Shown in pieces: positions 37,384 to 51,719 of a stretch of 64,000 nucleotides of DNA. Position numbers and translations under genes: made by a program. The first letter of the stretch is position 1. Each line of letters begins with the position of its first letter. Source of the DNA: Octopus vulgaris (Eukaryota); assembly GCA_951406725.2 (NCBI GenBank), contig OX597815.1, positions 214,582,001 to 214,646,000 on the forward strand. The letters run 5' to 3'. The notes under the pieces are model-generated. The model did not search any database and was not told where the DNA came from. It saw nothing but the letters and a program-made list of their open reading frames with translations.

Positions 37384-37692
37384 TTTTCTAAGGCTTTTGA
37401 GACTGGTTGGGAAAGGGTGGAAGAAAGTACAGCCTTTCGGTTATCCTTCAGGCCATTGATCTAATCCAAGTACATGCAGTAGTGTGGATTCTATGAGAAG
37501 TACCCAAAAGCCAATTGGTGTTTGGCTTAGAAGTGCAGCAGCATCCTTTAGATTTTCTAGGGCCTTTGAGACTGATTGGGAAAGGGTGGAAGAAAGTACA
37601 GCCTTTCGGTTATCCTTCAGGCCATCAATCTAATCCCAAGTACTTGCAATAGAGTGGACTCAGTGACAAGTACCCAAAAGCCAATTGGTGTT
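37384..37692. repeat. Tandem duplication, 169-bp period
   Basis: 37384-37522 repeated at 37553-37692 at roughly 90% identity by eye. Confidence 0.9.
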
Positions 37693-40223
37693 GTTAACTG
37701 GGCAATGGATTATATTTTTAATTATATTTCATGATCCATAATCAATTGTATTATTTGCCCTCAGATAATATTCATAATACTATTTTCCATGATGTACATA
37801 GTAGGAAAAGAAGTGTGACGCCTACTTCATTTGTAGTGAAATGTTTATATGTTGGAAAGTATCAATGTGTAAAGAACACTTCATCAATTTATGTGGGTTT
37901 TTAATTTACAGTATCATCTAATCTGTGCCAGTGTATATAAAAACATTGTCTAAAGAAAAAAAATACAGAAATGCATTGTGTACACACACACACACATTAG
38001 AGTGCATGCATGTGTGTGTGTGCATGTGTGTGTTTGTGAATATGTGTGTGTTTGTGAATATGTGTGTGTTTGTGAATATGTGTGTTTGTGAATATGTGTG
38101 TTTGTGAATATGTGTATGTGTGCATGCAAATAAGGTGGGCAGGAATTTTTGTGTGAAAGGAAGTTTTGAAAGATAATCAAGGGAATATATAATTCATGTC
38201 AGTAAAGTTTATCTTCTGCTTGACACAAGATATCAGTGGTGTAAAGTAAGAATACTTAGGCCGAGTTATCAAGGTTGGTCTAAATATTATCTATAACTTA
38301 TTTGCTTCACTACAAAAAGAAGGAAAGAAAAAAAAACTAAAAAAAAGAAAGAAAAAAAAAACAAACAGAACAAATGTCTCTTTACACCTGTGTCACACTT
38401 CTGAACTAAAATTTACAGCCAAATTCATGTTTAGTAGGCTTAACTTGATCTATTTATGAAAGGACACAATTATACAAGTCACCAGTTTGACAACAGCCAA
38501 TAGTTTTATGCTTTTCTTCTAATATATGTAAATTCATGGTTATATTTAAAAATCTGGTTATTGTGATAGAAGATATCTGGGTAAGGTTGGATAGTTAAAG
38601 TCACTGATATTTTCTGATTTTCTGATATTTATAAAAAAAAAACCCTCTCATGTTATTTTTCTAAGCATTCAAACTGAATAGCCGGCATACGTTAGCTTCA
38701 AACAAAAGTGTTAAGTTTAAACACCAGTCCAGCTTACTGATTGTCTTTTTTTTTTCACATGGTACAATCAGATCACCTGATGTTGTTTTTTCTTTAATAT
38801 CACCTTACTTTTTGCTTGTTTCTTCTGGATAATAAGTGTACCAGTTTAACCTATCATATTAAACTTTATTTGAAATGTCTAACAACGGTTCTCCTCAATA
38901 TTGTTCATGTGGTACATCATGAGAAGTAATGATAAGTGATTCGTGTACCAAAGATTTTTTAATAAACTTTTAATGCTACAACTCAACACCTGTCTTAAAT
39001 ATAAGTGTTTAAAAAAGCTCCAACCCTTTGCCTGATGCATCAGTTATGAAATTGTTCTGAAGCTTGCTTTGCGTCTCTTTGGTTTTGAGTTCAGTCCCAA
39101 TGTGGAGCACCTTTGGCAAGTCTCTTCTCTTATAGCCTTGGGTTGAGAAATACCTTGTGAATCAATTTGGTTAATGGAAACTGTGTGGAAATCCTTGTGT
39201 GTAGGTCTGCCTTTGTTTTTACCTTTGTCCACACACTGCTTGACAATTGCTGTTGGTTTGCTTACAGCCCTATAACTTAGCAGTTCAGAAAAAGAGACTG
39301 ACTGAATAAGTACCAAATTTAAAAAGTAACATAAACTTAAGTACTAAGGTCAGTTTGTGCAGCTAAAACAACCCTTAGTCCAGTCATCATCATCATACAT
39401 CCATTTTCCATGCTAGTATGGATTGCACGGTTTGACAGAAGCTGACCAGTTGAAGGGCTGTTTAGGCTTCATGTCTGTTTTGGCATGGTTTCTACAGCTG
39501 GATGCCCTTCTTAATTCCAGCCACTTCACTGAGTGTACTGGCTGCTTTTACACAGCACTAGCACGGGTGCTTTTTATGCGGCACCTTTGACAAACCCACA
39601 AGTTTAGGGATGCTCAGCTGGAGAGGGCATCCATGCTTTTACTTAGTCTGATATGTGTTTTCAAGCACACCAAACTACCAGAAGTCCCAGTTCCCTATCA
39701 TCCTGAAACAAAGGCAAAAAACATTCATTCCCCCTTAAAGAAAACTGATTTACTATGGAATTGTAAATTTAGAAAAATTTCATTACAATAACACCAAAAT
39801 CTGAATTTAAATTTTCCATTTACACATTTCAATTCAATGACAAAATCACCAATTATTCTTTCAAGTAGTTTGATTCTTCTCTTTGGTTGACAAAGTTCAT
39901 CAACACAATCAACAGGTGATAGCTGGGTTTGGTGAAATAATCTCTCACTATTTCTGCTTGTCAAAGAGTTTCCTTGAGAAATGTTGTTGTTGAATGAAGA
40001 ATGAAAGCTGAGAAGGTTATTGAGATTTGGAACTGAGTCAGTAATTCACTAAGTTCATCTTCTCATGCTTAACTAATTCATCTGGGGATGTCGGGCACCC
40101 TGATAATTCACAAAGTGTGACAGTGTCTACTAACTCATTATTCTTTCAAATGAACACAAAACTTGTTGCATTCCAGTAGCTCAGTCACCTTGTCTACTAA
40201 AGGATTTCCTTTTCAAATGTATA

Positions 40224-40768
40224 TCTATAATATAAATTGGACATGGGCGATCGTTGTATTCTTTCTTGTCTTGAGGTTCACAGCCAAACGGCTGGGTGGA
40301 TTCGCGTGAAAAATGGCATACATGTGGAGACGGGTGCATAGATTGGAATGTGGTTTCCATTTTTTTTCTTAGCCCCCATACTTACCGAGAAAATCAATTA
40401 AAACATTTACTAAAGGAATTCCCCTGTTTGTTCCACCATTAAAATAACCAGTTGCTCACACAGCCGGCATATGCAATTTCACTAAAAACAAGGGGAGTAC
40501 AGGATGACAGTCAGCCAAAACTTTTGCTCTCTTCTTTCACCTCTTTTTGGGGCTAATAATCGTAATCTTTAGTTACAGTTTCTCATTCAAACTACATAAT
40601 AGGCAGAATTGTCAGAGTAGGACAATAGGGTGTTTTGAGTGAGATTTGGCTGCTATTTCTACCAGGTCTAGCTACCATGTACTTAATTTTCATTCACATA
40701 TGCCTAACTAAAAACGATCGCAGCCACATCATCCAAACAGACCGGGTGAAACCGGGCTTAGCTGCTAG
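40224..40768 (+). mobile_element. Non-autonomous Helitron
   Basis: A|TCTATAATATAAAT start; CCGGGTGAAACCGG hairpin then CTAG|T end. Confidence 0.8.
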
Positions 40769-40964
40769 TATAATCTATATATATAAGGGCAGCTTTGATA
40801 GATTAACCAAGAAAGCTGAGGTATATTAATTGGAGAACAACATCTAAATGAAAAAATACAATCATGAAAAGCTCAATCAGTAACAGTTGAGAGTAGAGGT
40901 TGAATTAAATGAAATGCTTCTGAAAGAATATCTTGCAATTAAAATTATGGAAGATTTCCTAATT

Positions 40965-41240
40965 GGCATTCTTTGGATAGAACTCGACAAAATCAAAACA
41001 TTGCACTTCAGCTATTTCCATGGAAGCAAATGACAGTTTGATTCTGTTTTCTTCTTGGAAATTTGCGGATTTTACATACACACCTGAAACAGGTAAGAAC
41101 AAATGTGTAAGGCCTTTTTTCTTCAAGTTTAAAACGAGACATCGCTGGCATAATTTCGTTATATCTAAACTCCACAACCCACGGAAATACCCAAAGTGAA
41201 ATGTTTTGATTTTGTTGAGTTATATCAAAAGAATGCCTCA
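40965..41240. mobile_element. MITE with about 37-bp TIRs
   Basis: GGCATTCTTTGGATAGAACTCGACAAAATCAAAACATT and AATGTTTTGATTTTGTTGAGTTATATCAAAAGAATGCC. Confidence 0.85.
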
Positions 41241-42199
41241 TAATTTCTGAAGCTAACAATGCTGACTTCCATATTGTTTGATTGATTGATTCTCTGACAT
41301 TTCTCATTTCCTCTTGATTTCTAAGGGATGGTTCTGCTTTGCACAATTCCTTATTGTTTTTGAATATTTCACACTTCCATTAACATGAATTGGGATGCTC
41401 TATTACTGTGTAGAATGCTAGGGGATCCAACTTGGGAAAATAGCTCTTTGGGACATGAACAATGGTTTGTGCACTAATATCAACACAAGGCAAAAGAAAA
41501 GAATACTGAGTAATCATCCACTGTAACAAAATGTTATTTGTTTCCAGAAACAACCATTTGAGTCCAATGAGATGCTCTGCAAAGGCTTCTAATTGCTTCA
41601 GTAGTTTATGCAGTGTGTCTCTGCAAAGAGGTCCTAAAATTTAGAAATTAGTTCAGAATATATTCAGCAGTCATTATGATTATTTTCACTGGAAAAGAAA
41701 GTATTTCTTCCAGATGTGTGTTCATGAAGCTTGCTTTGCAGTCACGGTTGGGGTTGGTACTATTGCATGGCACTTTTAGCAAGTGCCTTCTATTATAGCC
41801 CCTAAAAAGGTAATATTTCCCCACAACCAAACATATTTTCACAGAAGATGGAAAATGAAGGACACCATTTTCCTGATGGTAACACTCATTTACAACTATC
41901 ATGAAAAGAAAAGGCAAGGCGACAGTAACATATGTGGCCACATACGCATAGACATGTGTATGCATAAACACACATATAAATATGTGTGCATGTGTATACA
42001 TACACTATGGGCTTGTTTCAGTTTTTGTCAACCAAATCCACTTGCAAGGTTTTGATTGGCTCAGGGCTGTGGTAGAAGATACTAACCCAAGGTGCCATAC
42101 AAGGGGACTGAACCTGAAATCATGTGATTGGAAAGCAAAGTTCTTACCACACAACCACGCCTGCATTATAGATTTCACAATACAGAAATATCTGCTTCC

Positions 42200-42241
<42 letters not shown>

Positions 42242-42764
42242 CAACTGCCTTGTCATAGTCTCTTAAAGAAGGTCACAATTTCTCACTTCATGCTTTGTAA
42301 AAGTGGAGTCATTTCCTAATCTTGAACTCCTTAATATGCTATATGGAAGCTTAATGGCTTCATTACACTTAAAATACTTAACTGTCATTGGCAAAGATTT
42401 ATAACTTCTAAAAAAGTATCATTGTAGGACTCAGTGACCACTCTAGACATTGGCAGAGCTGGTAGTGTTCTATAATTGACAAGTGTTCTATTAGCATTAA
42501 GCTGGCTTTTGTTTATGAGATGTGAGTTGAAGAAAGAAATGGATACACCAGAGCCTCTTCAGCTCTCCACATTACATAGAGCCACTTCATGTTAATTACA
42601 TCATGACATGCTTTTTCTTATTCTTAGGAATTGCGTCAAATCACTTGTGATGATTTTTGTCAGGAGACAATCTACTTCACAGATTGCCTGGGAATAATAT
42701 CAGGAATGAGCTTATTCATAATTGGTCTGTCTCAATAATTAGATTTTAGAACTAATGATGTCCC

Positions 42765-43140
42765 GTGCAGGTGTGACTGTGTGGTAACTAGTTTGCTTTC
42801 CAGTATGGTTCCAGGTTCAGTCCCACTGTGAGACACCTTGGGTAATTGCTTTTTTATTATAGTCACTAAAGTTTTGTGAATGATCTTGGTAAGTAGAAAA
42901 TGACAGAAACTTGTCATGTGTGTATGTATTTGTGAGTGTGTGTGTGTGTATTTGTCTCTTGTCACTGCTTGACAACTGGTGCTGGTTTGTTTACATCCCC
43001 ATAACTTAGTACGTTAGCAAAAGAGCCCAATAGAACAAGTACCAGACTTTAAAAGATAAATACAAGGGTCAATTTGTTTGACTGAATCCTTCAGGGCAGT
43101 GCTCTAGCATGGCTGCAGTCCAATGAGTGAAACAAGTAAA
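42765..43140 (+). mobile_element. SINE family A, diverged
   Basis: Head, core and 3' domain recognisable. Confidence 0.75.
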
Positions 43141-43828
43141 ATAAAAAAATTTAAAAAAAACATGAAACCTAATATGAAATTTTATGTGAAAAAGACAACT
43201 AATTAACTTAGATACTAGTACTGACGAATATACTTCATAATTGATTTGATTTTATTGACAAATGCTACCATTTTTTAATGCATGCATTTATAAACTATAG
43301 CATCATTGGATATTTGAGTTCAAAGTGGGTCCCAATGGGTTGCAGGTTTACTGTATATATGATAGTAATATTTTTGATATTTAAATAATGAAAAATTAGC
43401 AGAGTCTGTTGTACTCTTAACATGTATGAGCAACCATATTTAGCCTTGCTTGGGTATATTAATAAGTGAAAATAAATATAATGACATATATTCACTATAT
43501 TTTGAATAAAAATTGTTTTTAAAAAAATTCTGATGTAGTATTTATCTTTTTCACCCTACTTCACTTTGCTGTTTTTGAAGAACCAAAACTAAGCAGCCTC
43601 CTCCTACTTCCAGTCAGTCAATGGCTACTATATTAGACAGCCAGCACATATAGGCTACTTTGCTTGGATTTTTCCTTTTATTGACTTTTTTATAAATTTG
43701 TTTTCTCTCTCTTTCCACTCTTCATATATATTCTGATGAAGGACAATGCTCAAAATATCATAATTAGCTCTTTTCACTTCTTTAATAATCAAACTGATAA
43801 TTTTGACTACATCTTGTATTTTTATCAT

Positions 43829-43871
<43 letters not shown>

Positions 43872-44029
43872 AACGCATATGTCTGTATTTATGTTTATCA
43901 TGTCCCATAACTTAACACTTCAACAAACAATAATCAATAAAATTAGTAGTAGTCTTCAAAAACAATAGTTGTGCCAAATGGTTGAAACCAATAAAAATGA
44001 ATAACTGAATCAATTGACTGTAACTTAGC

Positions 44030-44254
44030 ATGTATGTGTATATATGTGTATATATGTGTGAATATGTATGTAAACACGACTGTCTGTGTGTATATATATA
44101 TATGTACACTTGTGCACCTGTGTGTTTGTGTGTATGTCTGCGTGTATTTGTTTGTGTATGTTTGAGTTAGCATGTATGGCTGTACATATGAGCTTGTATG
44201 TATGTATGTATGTATGTATGTGTGTGTGTGTATGTATGTATGTATGTATGTATG

Positions 44255-44288
<34 letters not shown>

Positions 44289-44398
44289 TGTATGTATGTA
44301 TGTATGTGTGTATGTATGTATGTATGTATGTATGTATGTGTGTATGTGTGTATGTATGTATGTATGTATGTATGTATGTATGTATGTATGTATGTATG

Positions 44399-44437
<39 letters not shown>

Positions 44438-44520
44438 ATGTATGTATGTATGTATGTATGTATGTATGCATGCGTGTGTGTGTGTAAGTGCATGTATGTC
44501 TTTGTGCATGTATCTGCCTA
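44030..44520. repeat. (TATG)n/(TG)n microsatellite
   Basis: Directly visible. Confidence 0.95.
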
Positions 44521-45369
44521 TGTGGGTGTCTCTCTGTTTGCTTCTTGGTCAAATTGACAAAAATTGTATGTTCATTATTCAGAGTGCTTTCTAGAAAGAA
44601 CAATGGTATATGTGACTGGACTTCTATTCTCTTCTGCATGCCTAGCAAGTAATCCAGGTCCTTAAACACACACAGCTAGGACCCTAAACATACAATTACA
44701 TTATGTTTTACAAGCTTTTGTATCATCATAGTATTTATTTATTGATTTACATCTACTCATTGAACTAGTAACGTTTGTAAATGGTGTATTTTAGCTACCA
44801 GCATCTGATGGTTGAATGAGTGAACTTGCTGGTGGTGTGTGTAAATATTTCAGATTTAAAATCCGTACACTTGGACTAATACCTTAAAACGTACAAGAGA
44901 GAGGCAGGAAGAGAGACAGGTAACCAGAAAGCAAGCCATTCATTGTTAACCTCATATGTTTATAAGGGGAGGGGGGGAAACAATAGTAAAATATAACACA
45001 CTCTGTCTATATTAGTTAAAAGAAAGCATTACTCTCTCCCTCTGTTTCACTCCTTTTCTCTCTCTATGTCTGTCTGTCTCTCCTTCACCCCCACTTCCAC
45101 CTTATATGCAATCCCTTCTATAGATTAAGTGTCACCTGATTTATCTTCCTACTCTACATAAAAACATATATTATACCTTTTATTACTTTTCACACTGTAC
45201 ATTATATTAAGAATAAGCTGTGATCTTAACAATGAAAGATGTACAAATATCATTATGATTTCATTAAAAAAAATTATCTTTTACCTATGTATGTATGTAT
45301 GTATGTATGTGTATGTACATACTTGTCTATATAGATATATATATAATGCATGTATATATACATTATATG

Positions 45370-45423
<54 letters not shown>

Positions 45424-45426
45424 GTT

Positions 45427-45463
<37 letters not shown>

Positions 45464-45469
45464 GAAGTT

Positions 45470-45516
<47 letters not shown>

Positions 45517-46247
45517 AGTTTGTGTGTGTGTGTGTGTCTGTATATATATATATATATAAATATATATATAATCATCATACATATAATGCATCATCATCCT
45601 CATTTAATGTGTATACGATATCTGTTGTGGAGTCAGAAACCTGCATCCTGTTGCAATGTGTGCTTTGGCATGATTTTTACAGCTGGATGCCCTTACAAAT
45701 GTCAACTACCTTAAAAAGTAGCTTGAGTACTAACAAGGCCTCCCTTACAACTTACAAGACAAAAGACCCTAAAGTGGAGCCTATAAGTGAAGAAGAATAG
45801 GAGAAACGGAGACAGACAGAAAGAGATTGGTAATTTTTAAGGCAAGGTGATAAGAGAGAAGGAAATATGATGAGAGAAACAGACTGATAGTTGTGAGAGG
45901 GGGGTATTGGGGAGGGTTAGGGGAAGAGTCACCACAGGGAAGGGATTATTGAAGGAACCGGAGGGGGGGGGGCAGGATTGCTGTCAGTTGTTAGGGAGAA
46001 AGATAGGGGCTAAGTGATAAGGATGATGAGGTGGGTTGTGTATAGGGAGACCATGGATATTCCCTCTTCGCTTTATAAGGGTGAATATGAGTAGAAGCGA
46101 ACAGGAAAGAGAGAAAATAGATGATGATGATGATGATGATGATGATGAGGCCTGAAGAGAAAGTCATTAAAAGATAGTTGTGGAGCTGTAAGGGGTGGAG
46201 GTCATGACTAGGGAAATGAGAGGGTTTTAATCTTTATCTTTTATTTT

Positions 46248-46598
46248 TTTACTTGTTTCAGTCATTAGATTAAGGCCCTGCTGGAGCACTACCTTGAATT
46301 TTTAGTTAAATGAGTCGACCTCAATACTTTTTTTATTCGGTATCTTTTGCCAAACAATTAAGTTACAGGGAAGTAAACACACCAACATCGGTTGTGAAGT
46401 GGTGGTGGGGAACAAACAAACACACACACATACATATATATGACAGGCTTCATTCAGTTTCCATGTACCAGATCCACTCACAAGGCTTTGGTCAATCTGG
46501 GGCTATATAGTAGAAGGTGCCACACAAGGGGACTGAACCTGGAACCATGGAGTTGGGTAGCAAGCTTCTTACTATACAATACAGCCAGTCATGCACCT
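46248..46598 (-). mobile_element. SINE family A
   Basis: Reverse complement of the reference copy with deletions. Confidence 0.75.
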
Positions 46599-47675
46599 GT
46601 ATTAATTATTTTCATAATCGTTTTTATTTGTTTTAATCATCATTATCATTGCTTACCATCCACTTTCTATGATGATGATGATGATGATGAATACAAATTA
46701 ATGATTGATGAAAATAAGGATCAATACCATCACCCCAACACCCTAAACACCAGGTATTCATGTTCTTTAACCCTAAGTCATCTCCAAATGAGCATGAACA
46801 TAATCAAAGGTATTCATCCATGACCATGCCTACATTATAAAAATTTCTCTTTATTTAAGGCAGTAGATTGTGATTCAAGGGGGATTTGGCTGCTGTTTTT
46901 AGCAAGTTGAATGACCATCCATATACAGCTTCCCTTGTTAGTGTAATACTTTATTTATTTGTATATGTGTCATATCTTAAGCTTTCTCATTAAAAGTATA
47001 TTAAATATAGGGCTCCCCCACCATCACCACCATATACAAACCAACCTAAATCTAAATTACGGATACAGTTTTATCATCTGGCCATAATTTTAATTTTAGT
47101 ACATATGCATTTTTTATTTATTAAAATATTTTTTTTTAATTTATTTATTCTTCCATGATTGCATCAGGGGTAGCAAACATTATTATAATGCACTTTTATA
47201 TATTACAACATTTATAAACAAGTGCAAAAGCAGCTGTTTTTGTGGGGAGTGAAACAAAAAACAGAGCTACATGGGATCCACACAGATATCGACCCATCAA
47301 CATAAAACTAGATTTACTAAATACATTCTGAACCCTGTAGTTCCATTTAAAACATCACTGTACCTTAATTAACCCAGTTTTGTATTGTTTTATTTATTCA
47401 TTTATTTTTATCATACATTTTTTTTATCTGTGGCTATCCTAATCTCTGAAGATCCATCGTACTTTTAATGGCATATTTAAGCAGCAGATTATCACCTTTA
47501 ATATCTTGCTATATGTATTTTTTTTTCATTTTGCTGCTGTTTATTATAGATATATGTTTATTATAGATATATATATATATATGCATATATATATATATAT
47601 ATATAGATGTATAATATATATATAGATGTATAATATATATATAGATGTATAATATATATAATATATATATATATA

Positions 47676-48374
47676 TCCTCCTCATCATCGTTTAGCGTCT
47701 GCTTTCCATGCTGGCATGGGTTGGACGGTTCAACTGGGGTCTGGGAAGCCAGAAGGCTGCACCAGGCCCAGTCTGATCTGACAATGTTTCTACGGCTGGA
47801 TGCCCTTCCTAACGCCAACTACTCCATGAGTGTAGTGGGTGCTTCTGATGTGCCACCGGCACAGGTGCCAGAAGAGGCTGGCAAACGGCCATGATCGGAT
47901 GGTGCATTTTACGTGCCACCGGCACAGAGGCCAGGCGAGGCTAGCAACGGCCACGATCGGATGGTGCTTTTTACGTGCCACCAGCATGGAAGCCAGTCGG
48001 GGCAGCGCTGGCAATGTTCGGATGGTTCTCTTATGTGCTACCGGCACTGGTATCACAGCTACAAATTCCATTGATGTTGATCGATTTTGATTTTGATTTT
48101 GATTTTTGATTTTCTCTTGCCTCAACAGGTCTTCACAAGTAGAGTTTTATGTCCCGTACTGAGGCCATGGGTTATGGTCTCACTAGTCCTGCTGGGTCTT
48201 CTCACACACAGCATACTTCCAAAGGTCTCGGTCTCTAGTCATTTCCTCGGTGAGACCTAAAGTTCGAAGGTTGTGCTTCACCACCTCATCCCAGGTTTTC
48301 CTGGGTCTACCTCTTCCACAGGTTCCCTCAACTGCTAGGGTGTGGCACTTTTTCAGACAACTATCTTCATCCAT
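47676..48374 (-). pseudogene. RTE-clade LINE 3' end: ORF C-terminus, full 3' UTR and (GAT)n tail
   Basis: MDEDSCLKKCHTLAVEGTCGRGRPRKTWDEVVKHNLRTLGLTEEMTRDRDLWKYAV...*; 3' UTR has about 61-bp internal tandem repeats. Confidence 0.9.
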
Positions 48375-48427
48375 GATGAAAAGGAAGTTACTAGAAAAAC
48401 CCATAAGTATTTGCAAACAGGTCTTCC

Positions 48428-48857
<430 letters not shown>

Positions 48858-49343
48858 TTTTATTTATTTAAAAGTTTGATGAAAAGATAAATCCTATTGC
48901 AAAGAAATAAAATACAAACTAAAAACATAGAAATTTTAAGTAAATTTCAAGATTAGAAAACAAGACTAAAATTATATAAAATATTGTTAGGAAGATAACT
49001 AAAATAAGATTCTGCTCTCAAAAAATTCCATCCTTCAAAAAGTGAACAATATCATTTGTTTTTAACAACTATTTTTTTAAAATTCCGTTTCATTATATTA
49101 TGGATTCGCGAAATCGATTCGTTTCATCTCCATTTATCCTCATTAGTACTGATATAGTTACAGAATCTCAGCTCAGTTGATTTCCATGTATCATTAGAGA
49201 AGGAAAATTCTTTACTTTTATAATATTACACAGTTTTAACAGGAAAACACTGAAGCTCATTTCATCACCTTTTTCATCTTCTCTCATATTGTTTCAAACC
49301 ATAGAACATACTCTACACTGTTCTATATCTTTGAATTAACTTG

Positions 49344-49686
49344 GAATTTATCATTTCATTCAATCACAGGGTCCCACGTTCAATCCAAATGCATGTCATT
49401 TTGGGCAAATGTTCTCTTTTTTTTCATCATAGCCTTAGCTCAACCCAAACCAGAAATTCTGTGAATTGTTCGTGAGATAAGGTTATACCTGCTGTGGACA
49501 TCAAATATTTTGGCTTGAATTTATCATTTCATACAAAATTATGAGATAGTAGTATAGTTTAATGGTTAAGAAGATTGCTTTGAAATCACAAGGTCCCATG
49601 TTCAATCCCAGTGCATGCCATTTTGGGCAAATGTTTTTTTTTATCATAACCTTAGCTCAACCCAAACCAGAAACTCTGTGAATTGC

Positions 49687-49728
<42 letters not shown>

Positions 49729-49806
49729 GTTTAATGTCCACCATCCATGCTGGCATGGGTGGGAGAGATAAGATTATACCTACAGGGAGTATGAAATATT
49801 TTGGCT
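49344..49806 (+). repeat. Tandem duplication containing a SINE head; second copy carries an RTE tail insertion
   Basis: GAATTTATCATTTCAT...CCTTAGCTCAACCCAAACCAGAAA...AAATATTTTGGCT present twice (49344-49515 and 49517-49806). Confidence 0.8.
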
Positions 49807-50377
49807 CAGTCATTTTGGTGTTACTGATTTGAAGCTGACTTATTTGACGTCAGACGTTTTAATTTGTCTCTTGCTCTCTCTCCCTCTTTCTCTCTTTCTC
49901 TTCATGTGTATGAGCAATTATGTTTGTGTGTGTACTGTATCTCCTTCTCTCTCTTTCTCTTTTTCTCTCTTCTCTCTCTCTCTCTCTCAATCTATCTATC
50001 TATCTATATGTGTATATTTCTGCACACATATACATTTACATACATACATACACTGTTTATTTGGGGATGGTCGCAAATTAAACGCATGCACTATTTGATT
50101 TTTCACTTTAGCTTTATTATCATTATTCTGAATTTCTCTGTCAAAGTTCTTTTGCCATGCATCACACATTCCCTGACCTCTTTAGCAACTTTCTGTCTCA
50201 TGTGTCTCCTCTTGTCCTACCTATTCCATTTTTTTTATAATAATAAAGCTAAAATGAAGATCAAATAAACAGTGTATGTGTTTAATTGGAGAAAGATGAC
50301 CATCCCCAAATATAACAATATTTGATCCAATACATGATTTCACATCAAGAATCTTGCAAAACAAATACATAAACATC

Positions 50378-50950
50378 AACATCATCATTTAACATCCGCT
50401 TTCCATGCTGGCATGGGTTAGACGGTGTAGCTGGAACTGGTAAGCCAGAGAGCAACACCGGGTTCCAGTCTAATTTGGCATGATTTGTATGGTTGAATGC
50501 ATTTCCTAATGGCAACCACTCCAAGAATGTAATGGATGCCTTATACATGCCACCAGCACAGATGCCAGTTATGTGGCACCAGCATCAACCATGACTACAA
50601 TTTCACTTGGCTTGACGAGTCTTCCCAAGCACAGCATATCACCAGAGGTCACGGTCACTTGTAATCACCTCCATGAGGCCCAACATTTGAAGGTCATGCT
50701 TCACCACCTCATCCCATGTCTTCCTGGGTCTACCTCTTCCACAGGTTCCCTTAACAATTAGAGATTGGCACTTCTTTACTCAGCTGTCCTCATCCATATG
50801 CATCACATGACCATACCAGTGCAGTCATCTCTCTTGCACACCACATCTGATACCTCTTATACCCAGTTTTCCTCTCAAGATGCTTACACTCTGTTGTACA
50901 TGTACACTGACATTGCACACCCATTGAAGCATAGTAGCTTCATTTCTTTC
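50378..50950 (-). pseudogene. Decayed RTE-clade LINE 3' region
   Basis: Homologous to 47676-48374; minus strand encodes WYGHVMHMDED...GRGRPRKTWDEVVK. Confidence 0.85.
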
Positions 50951-51666
50951 TCAATTTGCAGAAATAATGGCCTGATCTCTGAGCTGCAAACTATATCAAG
51001 TAATATTACTGCAAAGAGCCTTTGGAAGAACCTCCATTTCTGTTGTGTAATTCAGAGATCAAGGAGATGCTCAAAGTAGAGCCACTACTCCTCTGAATTG
51101 AGTGATCACAGCTCCAATACTAAGGCCATGTGGTAAGAATGCCCCAGGAAAGAATCACAGGACAGGTTTATGAGTGAAACCAACCAGTGGGGGACCCAGT
51201 GATAGACAGTGGGAGACCCAGTGATTGACAGCAAACAACATGCATGAGCTCAGTTGGTCTCACTTGGGAACAGGATCCCAGCTAGATCAACAGGAGACTG
51301 TTGCTTCTGAGAGGACCTGATGTGAGGCCTGCTTGAGGACTCTGTTCCTATGACCCTCTCAGGAATATGTGGGTGAAGAATATGAGATGATATATATATA
51401 TATATATATACAAAAAAAAACTCAAGTGGGGTTGACTCTACAGTTTATATTTGATTAGGTACCTATGTATATATACATCTGTCTATGTGTATATTTAGAT
51501 ATATAGATAGATGTGTGTGGTGGGGTGTATGTACATACTTACAAATATGCTACCTATAAATGACAAGGATGAGATTTTCAATGTACTACAAGCTCAATAC
51601 TATGTACTCAGCCAATCATGGTGTCGTATATGTTGATATACCTAGATTCCAACAAATTCTGCCTCT

Positions 51667-51707
<41 letters not shown>

Positions 51708-51719
51708 ATATATATATAT

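Larger units (their letters stand above)
39721..42480 (-). mobile_element. Heavily decayed Gypsy LTR-retrotransposon integrase region, split by later insertions
   Basis: Minus-strand pieces in order: KLPYSI (weak), VTVDDYS...PCVDISAQTI, FSQVGSPSILHSNRASQFM, INQTIWKSALLA, QDILSEAFHLIQPLLSTVT, LVDKVTELLECN; then PPT-like AAGGGGGAATGAA followed by TGT at 39736-39721. Confidence 0.7.

Noticed and set aside
41008-41346. 112-aa ORF as a host exon
   Set aside because: It is a chimera of decayed integrase sequence and the MITE at 40965-41240.
44787-44837. CTACCAGCA...TGCTGGTGG hairpin as a pre-miRNA
   Set aside because: Only about 10 bp of stem with a large unpaired interior.
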